From Sphyrna mokarran (Eukaryota): a stretch of 64,000 bases of DNA. The notes under the pieces are model-generated. The model was not told the DNA's origin and searched no databases. It saw only the letters and a list, made by a program, of their open reading frames with translations. Shown here one piece after another: positions 53,351 through 64,000 of this stretch. The translations under genes and the position numbers were made by a program. The stretch is taken from NCBI GenBank assembly GCA_024679065.1, contig JAGIQG010000005.1, forward strand, positions 84,444,001-84,508,000. Reading direction: 5' to 3'. The stretch's first letter is position 1. Each line of letters opens with the position of its first letter.

Positions 53351-53596
53351 TGTCGCACTCAATTCCACAATCTCCCATCAAACATCAACAGATCATATCC
53401 AAACTAAATGTGTAATTTATATTGTGTTTATTCATGCACAGGAAATGACAATGAACCATATTATTACTGAGACTTTGTTCTTCCTACAAACTTTAGCAAT
53501 GGTTTTTCCAACACATGCCAAAAAACAAAAACTAATAAGTAAATACAATACATACATTTTTAAAAAACTTGAAGGAATCTGTATTTGTTAGTTTGG

Positions 53597-53965
53597 AGGA
53601 GGCAGTGATGTAGTGGTATCAGCACTGGTAGTAATAGTTAGTAATCCAGACACCCAGGGCAAGATCTGGGGATCCAGATTCAAATATCACCATGACAGAT
53701 GGTGAAATTTGAATTCAATAAAAATCTGGAATTGAAAGTCTAATGATGACCATGAAACTAGTCGACTGCTGCAAAAATCCTTCTGGTTCATTAATGTCCT
53801 TTAGGGAAGGAAATTTGCCATTCTTATGTAGTCCAGCCTATATGCAATTGCAGATCCACAGCAACATTATTAATCCTCAAATGTCTTCTAAAATGGAGGG
53901 CAGTCAGGGTGGGCAATAAGTGGTAGCCCTGTCAGTAATGCCCACATCCTGTAAATAAATTGTAA
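53597..53965 (+). mobile_element. tRNA-derived SINE (second family)
   Basis: GTGATGTAGTGGTA A box, GATTCAAATATC B-like box, GGGCAATAAG..GCCCACATCC tail; second copy at 61105. Confidence 0.8.
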
Positions 53966-54264
53966 ATCTTTTAATCAAAGCCAGGCTGCAGCAGAAATGG
54001 ACTGATGAACATTATGGCAAGGTGAATAAATATAAACATTGAAATGTAATGAAGAATCTATGCAAAACTTAAATAAGGATGCAGAGTGCAATATTCAGCT
54101 CAATATTATAGGGGAACGATGATAGCATACAGCTCTGATTCATGGGTATGTTACTTGATGTGAGGGAACACAAATAAAAAAATTGATATTCCTCCTTTAA
54201 AAGTGATTAAAGGATGATTTGATAGACGTGTTTGAAATTATAAAGGGATAGGATGAGCAAATTG

Positions 54265-54572
54265 CAAAGAACAGCACAGGAATAGGCCTGTCGGCCCACC
54301 AAGCCTGCACCAATATGCAGTTTCTATCCCATTCACGTGACTTATCAAAATATGCCTTAAACGTTACTAACATGCCTGCTTCCACAAGCTCCTCAGACTG
54401 TGTGTTCCTGGCACCAGTACTCTAAGAAAAACTTTTTCTACATATCTGCCCTAAACTTACCACCTCTCACCTTAAATCTGTGCCCTCTTGTAGTCGACCC
54501 TTCCACCATGGAAAAAGCCTCTGACTATACACCTTATCTATGCCTCTCATAATTTTGTAGACTTCCATCTGC
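54265..54572 (-). mobile_element. CR1-clade 3' end
   Basis: MEVYKIMRGIDKV.SQRLFP; AAGAACAGCACAGGAATAGGCC tail. Confidence 0.8.
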
Positions 54573-55565
54573 ATACAAAATATTTTGTAAAAACAGGTTG
54601 CAAAACTGAGTGCGTGGTTAGGAAGCGAAGTTGAAATCACGTCAATATTTAAAAACCAATTAGGCAGTGACAGAGGCTTAGTGGAGTAAAGATATATGGG
54701 AGCAGAGCAGGATACAGGTGATTGAGACAATTATTCTTGCTGGAGAAACAGCTGCACAGACAGCTTGAATCAAACCACCTGTGTTATTTCCATATAACAT
54801 CAAGAGATGAAACTGATGTTAACTGGTGCAATATATATCTAGTGTTAAAGCCCAACCTGAGTTGCATTCGATCATTCTGGTGTCAGGCTGCATTAATGCT
54901 GGATATCCTGACAGTATATCAGGACATACTATTTAAATAAATGAACAGGGAAAAGCAATCCTAAATAATATTGGAGATTTGGTTCAATACAGGATTTAAT
55001 GTAACCGTGATTTGCCATCAGCGGTGGGATTTAGGTAACAAAACTGATTATAGACCTGAAAGTGACATCGCCAAAGAACAGTACGTAGATGAAAAAGCAG
55101 AGAATACATCATAAGAGACTCTAGCAGTGATCAGAGGGACAGAAAACAAACATTTTGGCTGAATAGGAATGGAACCATCAAATGCAACTTAGCTGGATAA
55201 AGACAGAGAAGAAAAAAGATGAGACAGGATGACATTATTAATTATGCTGAACATTGCAGAGAGGCTAGAAGGGAAAGAAGGAGCATAAAGCACCACTATA
55301 TCTACAAGCACTTGTATATTTGCTTGCTTATTCACAATGCATTGATACACAATTTCCAGTTCGCCTTAGATGCAACAATTCATGCAGATTTACTTCCCCA
55401 AATGTCATACAAAACATAAGCTATAGCTCAAAAGTGAGGAAAGCTAATATTCAAAATAACAGATCATATTAAATTAACTGGATTCTGACAATCAGACCAT
55501 TAAAATTAGTCTTACAGTATACACAAATTCACATAAATCAAATTAATAGCAAGCTAGTTACTTAC

Positions 55566-55753
55566 AAATGGACCTTTTCTAAAGCGAGTATCCAGTTTAT
55601 CCCCAGGTGAAGATCTTAAGACATATTCCACCATGCTCACTCCTAAGCCACCACTTTCTGAACGAGGAGACAGAACAGAGCTGACTTCATTGTTTCCATG
55701 AAAACCTTGACCAGGTCTTCTCTGAACCATGATGGGCTGTGACACAGTGTGGT
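55566..55753 (-). CDS. PUM2: PUM2 coding exon b (188 nt): [16 protein letters not shown]...[32 protein letters not shown]
   Basis: Within ORF 55554..55766; acceptor cccag, donor gtaagt; contains the conserved [18 protein letters not shown] motif. Confidence 0.96.
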
Positions 55754-56093
55754 CTGGGTAACACAATAAATTTAGATATTAGGTAAAATTTTGAATTCAC
55801 ATTTTCAGGAACAGGAGAATGAAGATTAATTCATGGACATTTCTAAGAAAAAATTGATGCAGATCTTGATCCTGAGCGGAATGGATAATATAGATGTCTA
55901 AAAGTCAAAACACAGAGGAGGTACTTTTCTTTTGCCACTATAACAGTGGCAAAAATGAGAAACAAATTAGACCTGGATATATATTTTGGGTGGAAATGAG
56001 ATTAAACATGATCATAAAAGAAATCATCTCACTGTACTCTGCATTCTCTGAAGTGTAATGTTAGAAATGAACAATATACAGGGAGGCCAGGTA

Positions 56094-56760
56094 CATAGAA
56101 CATAGAACATAGAACAATACAGCACAGAACAGGCCCTTCGGCCTTCGATGTTGTGCCGACCAAAATAAAAAGCAATGCCCCTCCTAACTAAACCATTCCC
56201 TTCTCATCCATATACTTATCAACTAACCTCTTAAACGCCACCAAACTTGGCGCATCTACAACAGCTGCAGGCAGGGCATTCCACTCCCTAATCACTCTTT
56301 GAGTAAAGAACCTACCTCTGATATCCGTCCTATAACTCATACCCCTTAATTTAAAGCTGTGTCCCCTCGTGCTAGCTTTCTCCATCCTAGGAAAAAGGCT
56401 ATCACTGTCCACCCTATCTAAACCTCTAATCATCTTATATGCTTCAATAAGATCCCCTCTTAGCCGCCTCCTTTCTAACGAAAACAACCTCAAATCCTTC
56501 AACCTCTCTTCATAGGACCTGCCCTCCATACCAGGCAACATCCTGGTAAACCTCCTCTGTACCCTCTCCAATGCCTCCACATCTTTCTTATAATGTGGCG
56601 ACCAGAACTGCACACAATACTCCAAGTGCGGCCGCACTAGAGTTTTGTACAGCTGCAACATGATGCTGCGGCTCCTAAATTCAATCCCCCTACCAATAAA
56701 AGCTAAGACTCCATAAGCCTTCTTAACAACTTTATCCACTTGACTGCCTACTTTCAGGGA
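56094..56760 (-). mobile_element. Young 5'-truncated CR1-clade (HER1-like) LINE with uninterrupted ORF2 C-terminus
   Basis: ORF 56188..56739, 183 aa without stops (LYKTLVRPHLEYCVQFWSP...WNALP); (TTCTATG)3 microsatellite tail at 56094-56114. Confidence 0.95.
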
Positions 56761-56767
56761 TAAACTT

Positions 56768-56810
56768 ATTTGTATACTTACTAAACTTACAGTTTAGTAA
56801 GTATACAAAT
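56768..56810. repeat. Perfect 20-bp inverted repeat with 3-nt loop
   Basis: ATTTGTATACTTACTAAACT-tac-AGTTTAGTAAGTATACAAAT. Confidence 0.95.
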
Positions 56811-57075
56811 GCTCAAATTCTGGAATAAAATCAGGGAAAGTCATCAGGCTTTAAAAAGAAAAATAAGCTAGAAATTTGAGTGCAACTCTTAATTATTCCA
56901 AAAATGTCTTATTATTTTCCAAGTGAAAGGAGGAGAAGTGGGGGAAAGATTAGGCTGGAATACTCCAACCTCACCTGTAACTGGATTCTCCAACTATGCT
57001 GCAGTGAATGGGAGTTTTAGCTGAGTGCCAAATTTTCCATTCTCGCTGACATCGGAGAATTCCATTCTTAACGTT

Positions 57076-58271
57076 CTGTTTAGGAAAACAAAGTTTTGTG
57101 ATTTGTATTTGAACGGGTAAATATTAGAAATAAAGTATAGTTTTAAGTAAGTTTAATATAGCGTTTCAGCATAAGGAAGGGTAAACCTATAGTTAGGTTG
57201 GACAAAGGTGTCTGAATGTGTGGTGGTTTTGGTTTTGGTTTTAATTTAAACTGCTTCTATTGTGTTTAGAGTTACACACAAACAGTAAATAAAAACTAAC
57301 AGAAACACTGTTATTGTTTAGAAACGGGGGAAGCTTTTATGGTAGGATGACTTTGGAGTTTAGTTTTTAGCTGGATATTGCAGTCTTGAGTTATGTAGCA
57401 AGAGAGAAGGTAACTCTCATCACTCTGCAAGAGGCAATTCATTTAGGAGGCTAGAGAGGACTCCAAGTTTTGAAGAAAAGCAATACCATGGAGTAATTGT
57501 TAATAAAACAAGTACAGAGAACTAAAGTTAGCTATTTAGGGAAACTGGAAAAATGAAGAGAAGTTTCCAAGAAGCCTGAGGTTAAAGATACTAGAACAAA
57601 AAACTATTCAATGAAAGCAGGCACAGCTGAGAAGGCAGCTAAGATGCCACTAGGATACTTGGAAACTTGTAAGGTCTGTGGGATTTTCTACAGCCTACGG
57701 AACACAAGTTGAAATGACTGAAAATCGGTAGTAGGTTCTTAGAGTTTGTGTAAAAGCCTTTAAGACAAAATAAATCCTGAAGGTGTAAAACCGGAAAGTT
57801 GAGAGAAAGCATTATTTAAAATAAGATTTGAAAGTGTACCTTTTTGAAAGCTGAATTGAAAGTCAATCTTTTGGAAACCAGAATTCAGTGAAACAGCGGT
57901 TCACAATATAAGAATCATCTGGGGAAATTTTGAGCAAAAATCCATAGATATTCACTTGGGTTCAAGTTTTACCACAAGTCTGTGCTTGAAGAGACTGATT
58001 ACTGAGACCATTATGGCCAAAATTATACTTTGTAACTCACGTTAACCTTAAGAACAGCAAATGTTTGTGAAGCTAAAGGGGAATAAAAATCTACTGTATT
58101 TTAATCTAACTTTTCGTGCTTATAAAATATTTGTTTCTTGTTGTCAAAACTAATTAGTAGTCCTGTGACCCTGTTCAAGTTTTGAAAAAAAGTAAAAGTT
58201 ATTATCTTTTGAGTCAAGGTTCCATTCTGGGTCCTTCCCTTCCAATTATAAAATCAATTTGGATTGTAACA
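57076..58271 (+). mobile_element. Possible solo LTR
   Basis: Starts TGTT.., ends GGATTGTAACA, AATAAA near the 3' end, no ORF; TSD not found. Confidence 0.4.
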
Positions 58272-58724
58272 TGGGAATTTTGGCTCAATTACTATTGCAG
58301 ACTAAGTAGATATGCAGAACCTCCTTCTAGAAATTTAGAGCAATCTTTGAAGAGAGAGAGTTAAAAAGTAAAGTACTCAAGGAACAACGTTTCCTCTGAG
58401 CTGTGCTCCTATGCAGCCACACAAAATTTTATCAACTGCAGTGTACGCAATTATTACAGACACACATATTCTCATAGTTAAATGAGGTTTACTGCCACTC
58501 TAACTTGTGAGCAATAAATAGTATAGACTCCCCCATGAGCGAAAATTAATGGATGATGGCTAATGTGATTACTGTAGGGGAATTGTCAGCCAAAATTCAC
58601 TTATGTCAGTTCTGGAGCACAAAACTGTCAATACTTGTTTTTCCTGTGGTCTGCCCATCAACATTTCCTTCCCACTCGCTATCTCCCTCATCTTTCTGTT
58701 CAAACTCAGTTGTTGTCACTGGAA

Positions 58725-59078
58725 CGATAGAGGGTGAAGTGACCTGAGAGAGGTTTATAAAATTATGAGCAGCATGGACAGAGTGGAAAGTCAGATGTTC
58801 TTTCCTAGGGTAGAAAAGTCAAATACTAGAGGACATAGGTTTAAGGTGCCTGGGGAAAAGTTTAGAGCAGATTCGCAAGGCAGATTGTTTTATGCAGAGA
58901 GTGGTGCATGGAGAGGTGTGGGTGCAGGTATGATAGCAGCATTTAAGGGGCAACCAGATGAATACATAAATAGGATGGGAATGGAAGAATGCAGACTCCA
59001 TAAGTGCACATGATTTTAGTTTAGGCAGGCATCATGATCAGCGCAGACTTGATAGGCCAAAGGACCTGTTTCTGTTCA
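58725..59078 (+). mobile_element. CR1-clade 3' end
   Basis: VYKIMSSMDRVESQMFFPRVEKSNTRGHRFKV. Confidence 0.85.
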
Positions 59079-61102
59079 TCGCTCTCTCTCCCTAACCCTC
59101 CTACACATCATCTCTTGTTGTACCTTTCCTTCCCCAAGCTTCCCACTCCCAGCCAATCTTGCTCCCCATCTCCTACACTATCTCCCTCCCCAACCCATCC
59201 ACTCCACCAAACTCTCTCACTTTCCCACTCTCTACTAACTCTGTGCTCAAAGCTAAGGTTCAGGAAAGATGGGAAGCAAGCAGGAGGGTTGGGGAGGGAT
59301 GCATCAAATCTGAAGAAGTGACCAATTGTAGATGGGAAGGCGTGTAGGAGTTAAGGTGAAACAGCTAACAAGTTAGTAAGTCATGGAACATTTTTAAACT
59401 GCGCATATTTTGAAATACCACCTCTTTCCAATTCATTTTTGCATATATTGTGAGACAATTTACTTTAAAAATTAACTTGTTTATTAGTTCACAATTCATA
59501 GATTTTTCATCCCAGACAAAGTGAAATATATCCCACTAATTCCCCAAAAACTATACCTCAACATGCATCCTTCCAGTATCTCTTCACTACTAAGATTACT
59601 TTCCTAGTTCAGATGTTGTTTTCGCCTTCATTATTCACTTAATTTAAAGAAACACTATCTCTCTCTCTCTCTCATCTTTACCCTCTGAGGGATGACAGGT
59701 GGGCAAAGAGGGCAAGAAACTGGAGAGGCGTGCAAGGAATGGGTGGCAGAAACAGGAATAAAGTGCCAGCCTCAGCTTCGCTAAAACAGAGTCATGTTCT
59801 CAGAGCATGTACCTCTTCTTCTCCCTGTCTCTCCCCATCCCTAAAAAGTACAATGCATTTTTAATATCTCAAGGTGGAAACTCTTGAAGTTTAATAGTCC
59901 TGTTTGGAAGTTGTTTTGTGTGCTGCATAATAATGACGATATTTTTAACCATCTTAACTTAATAGATTCCTACTGCTAAAAAAGCAACCCATATATCATC
60001 AGTTTGCACCAAGTTCAAACCTGTTCCATGAATGGCTATGCTGTATCTTGATTTGAACACTACCCCACCTCAAAGTTACACTCACAAAAAGTTACAACAG
60101 TGATTAGTTACTTGATTTTGCGCCAGCTCCTAATTATCATTATTGTTGAAAATGTTTCCATATTGTACTAATTGTAGCCCACTGGAATCAAATCTGATCC
60201 AGTGCAAGTTCTGAATTGTTTTTTTTAAAAAGTCTACATATAAATTGACAACCACTTATTTGATGCATGCAAATACTTATGATATGTGCAGATATCATAA
60301 AGCTCATTTTCTTAATTCTACGGAGTTATGTCATGTCTATGAATTAAAACCCAAAGATTAAAGTAACTTTATAAAAGAAAAAGAACTGCATCTCCTTCAA
60401 AGTAGATCGAAGGCATTGTAACTTGTAAAATAGATTGGGTTCGAATTACAAATGCAAAAATTAAACTTTCTCCAGTAGAATCCAAACTATCATAAGCAAT
60501 TCCAGATAACATGCAACAAACAAAACAGAGGCTCATAAATTGCAGGAATTCAAACTTATTCAAATCGAGATTTTCCAAAAAAACTGGCAGTTAGCAAGTT
60601 CGGGAAGATGGAAATGTCCCTTAGACTTTCATAATAGTTTTTCTCTGAACCATGACCAGAGGATAAACAATCTTTGCAATATCTCTGACATTGTTACGTC
60701 ATGACAAAACTACTAGTAATATACAAAATATGTTGTGTACTAATAGTAAACAAGACAAGTATTAAAGGGAGGTGCAAATATTCTATATAAGCCTGCAATT
60801 TGTTTAACCTTTCAGGCTATGAAAATACGATTCATATATTTTTTGTGCTGAACATATGCTTAATTATTTAATCTTGTTAGGTTTTATTAATGGGCACAAT
60901 TTTATTAATGCCCATTAGCATAAATCAGAATGCTATTCTGATTTGCATTGAGAACATTAACTTCAATGTTAAGTTGCGCAAGGTTGCAACATTAAGATTT
61001 TGGTGAGAAAGGGCTGATTTCTTCTTGTATAGCAACTAATAGCTTTATAACAGTTCTTGGCATTCATTGTATTGCAGAGCACGTCTCTCAGGTAGAGAGA
61101 GA

Positions 61103-61450
61103 GGGGAGTGCCTGGTGGTATCATTACTAGACTATTAATCCAGAACCTCTACTAATATTCTGGGGACCCGGGTTTGAATCCTGCCACAGCAGATAGTGGA
61201 ATTTGAATTCAATACAAATATCTGGAATTAACAATCTGACTGACAACCACGAAACCATTGTTGCTTGTTAGAGAAACCCATCTCGTTCACTAATGTTATC
61301 TTCACCTGGTCTGACTTGCATGTGACTCCAGATCCATAGCAATGGATCTTAAGAATGTTAACTCTTACATGCCCCCTCAAGGGCAATTCAGGATAGGTGA
61401 CAGATGCTGGTCCAGCCAGCGATGCCCAAATCCCATGAAAAGATAAAAAA
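61103..61450 (+). mobile_element. tRNA-derived SINE (same family as 53597)
   Basis: GGGGACCCGGGTTTGAATCC, GAATTTGAATTCAATA, GCCAGCGATGCCCAAATCCCATG tail. Confidence 0.82.
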
Positions 61451-61928
61451 TGATCAATTGGCATCTATTTGACGTGTCTAAACTATTGAAAATTTTACTC
61501 TTTAAATGGAAGTGTGCTTATGATGCTCAAGTACTGTGATCAGAAAGGTGAATAGAGTTTGAACAACGATTAGGAAGCCGAAGCAGACTGTCCTTACAAA
61601 TGTAATTATTGAGCAACAGTACTTATACATTTGCTGCTTGAGCAGCACTCCTGAAATTGACTTGACTAGTTTTACCATAAACATAATATACTAGTAAAAT
61701 GCATTATTTTTCAACTGTTTGTGTTTACAGATAATATCCCAGATAATACATGTTTTAACTAAGTAGAATTATGCTCTTCCGAAATTGGACAGGCTTGAAC
61801 ATTAATCAAATGGATCCACACTACTCAGGCAAGTCATTGGTTTTCTATGCTAGATTTCAAGTTATTGAAGTGGAAATGTTTCCTACAAAAAGGGAAATAT
61901 TATTGACTTAAAAGACAGTGACACTTAC

Positions 61929-62034
61929 GAGATGCTCCCCATGCAGCGTCCCTCCACTCATCTCCCAGGAATATTCCTTTTTGGCCTTCTTTAGCTGAAT
62001 CATCTGATTCCCAGAATTTCTTTGCAGGCAAAAG
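61929..62034 (-). CDS. PUM2: PUM2 coding exon a (106 nt): [35 protein letters not shown]
   Basis: Manual translation; acceptor ttatag, donor C|gtaagt; matches the Pumilio N-terminal KKFWE motif. Not in the ORF track. Confidence 0.93.
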
Positions 62035-62289
62035 CTATAAGTAAAGAAATAGTAAATTAGTGACAACTGCATTAAATTGGCAAACATAGGGGAGCAATAT
62101 TTTCATGCAGAAAAAATTGATAATCTTGAACACAATTTTACTAGCTTGTCCTGTCCATGGATAAATGTGAAGAACCAAGAACAGAGAGAGGCCAAAAATC
62201 CAATTCATGCAAATCAGGTTGCTATCTTTCTATTTTACTGGCAAGAAGAATTTCATGTCCAGGAAGGGCACGGAGCCCATTAGCATCAG

Positions 62290-62621
62290 AATTCTTGGAT
62301 CTCCGTGTCATAAGCAAGTCTGACAGAGCTGCCTCCTCCCTCTCAGAAGCTTCCCACCTCACAAGCAAGATGTCACACCGTCAAAATCACCCATGGTTTT
62401 GACTAGGGGAGGCCAGATACCATGGACATGCCAGGGTAACAGACTACTGAAGCCCTGGTGTGGCCTAGGATATGGCATGGCAGTGCCCAGTCACCTGGTC
62501 AGCACCTTGCTGGGTACTAAGTGTTCTAGGGCAGTGGGGCTTAAGGGGATGACATACTGTGACGTGGTAGCTATGTGGGGAGGTGTCTGCCAGCAACCTG
62601 CACCCATGTCGACGGAAAACA
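62290..62621. mobile_element. GC-rich repeat fragment related to the 34175 element, running into the gap
   Basis: GGCATGGCAGTGCCCAG and similar motifs; GC-rich. Confidence 0.4.
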
Positions 62622-62769
62622 NNNNNNNNNNNNNNNNNNNNNNNNNNNNNNNNNNNNNNNNNNNNNNNNNNNNNNNNNNNNNNNNNNNNNNNNNNNNNNN
62701 NNNNNNNNNNNNNNNNNNNNNNNNNNNNNNNNNNNNNNNNNNNNNNNNNNNNNNNNNNNNNNNNNNNNN
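62622..62769. other. Assembly gap (148 N)
   Basis: Run of N. Confidence 1.
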
Positions 62770-64000
62770 ATTTGTAGGAGGTGATCTTTCAGTTCACCAG
62801 CAGCAGATCAGTTGACCTGCTAAATGATCTCCAAATGCTTTGAAGCCAACTTCACTAGTGCCATTATGCTCCTCGACTCCCCACCCTCATTTCCTCCCCC
62901 ACCACTCCTCACCAATGCCAAGCTTCCAACTGTCAAAAAAAGTGGAAGAGTGCTGGAAGATTGCAGTGCAAGCTTACTGAAAAGACTGACATGGGAGAAC
63001 TCCCATTCACTCTACGCTATGATACTTAAGACTATTTTTTGCCAAAACTCCACCAATTATGTTGGTGGAAAAACACTCAATATTTCATCTGATGTTGATC
63101 TCAGCATTCAGGGTATATAAACTGGATGCTTTGCTACAAAACAATATCACAACTGCAGAACTTATTGAACTGGGACTGATTTGGGAATCATATAATTTTA
63201 TGAAAATTTAAAGCAGTCCATATTAATTTAATTATAATCTAATAGAATTATTTTAATTTCAAAGCCTTGAAAACACCAGTAAGCTATAAACAAACATTAA
63301 AAAAGAAAACATTATCCAATACTTTGTATTCCATCATGTCTCCACAAGACATTCACATTCTGTAGCAGACTTGGAACATTTTTCCAAGTGTTAACCAATG
63401 CTACTAGAGTCAGGCACCGGAAGACATGCAAAAAAAACCAGACCAATGAGTATTTTCCCTTTAACAAACTTACTGCTCTCTAGAGGTGAATTCATTGACT
63501 CCAACTCAGCACTACAAGTACAGCGGAGCATGACTCCACTCTTTGAGCAAAACCTATATTCATATTAAAGTCACACAGTGTGAACATGTACACTTTCTTT
63601 TTTCCTTTTTTTTGTCTTGTCAACAAAATCTGCAAGTGTATTTTGCCTACTGTAAATGTTTTTCTCTTGGTTCCTGAATGACAACACGTTTGTTACATGA
63701 AAATAATATGCAAAATAAATACATACAAACTTGCCACCTGTTTTGTGTGAGGAATAATTTTGATTAAAATGTGTGTACGTGCTTAAAACAATTTCACCAT
63801 AGTCTCACCGAAAGCTAGTAAGCAATTTCAACTGGATAACACTGGTGTAAGGGAGTCCAGCAATTAATTAATTTGGGTTTTATTTTTCAGCACTCAAATA
63901 TTTCTTGGGTTTTGCAAGTCTTTGCAACCATCTTCAGCCAGAAATAGTAAATGAATAATACATCTCAGCCTCCTCCTGCAGTCTCCACCATTACAGATGC

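Noticed and set aside
55930-55954. 10-bp hairpin TTTTGCCACT/AGTGGCAAAA (similar short one at ~13739-13763)
   Set aside because: Short palindromes of this size are not clearly above chance in 64 kb and have no supporting context.
62393-62815. ORFs containing X runs
   Set aside because: Artefacts of translating through the N gap.

Overview
Eukaryotic, AT-rich, intron-dominated genomic DNA, most likely from a cartilaginous fish (shark-type HE1/V-SINEs, Deu-domain SINEs, abundant CR1-clade LINEs). The whole window lies inside one minus-strand gene, a Pumilio homolog best matching PUM2. I traced 16 consecutive coding exons (62034 down to 1531, 2709 nt = 903 codons). All have GT-AG boundaries and consistent phases, running from the N-terminal LLPAKKFWE exon through PUM-HD repeats 1-5. 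The start codon and the last repeats lie outside the window. Introns hold a decayed Ty3/Gypsy pol, a Penelope-like element with a long inverted repeat, target-site duplication and hammerhead-ribozyme vestiges, many CR1/L2/Rex-like LINE fragments, SINEs, MITE-like and solo-LTR-like pieces, and a 148-nt assembly gap. I found no evidence of a wholly new multi-gene system. The best leads are the hammerhead-like motif on the PUM2 sense strand, tandem alternative splice sites, two candidate poison exons, substitutions in conserved Pumilio motifs and several fold-back structures. Family assignments come from recognition by eye, not database searches, and repeat boundaries are approximate.
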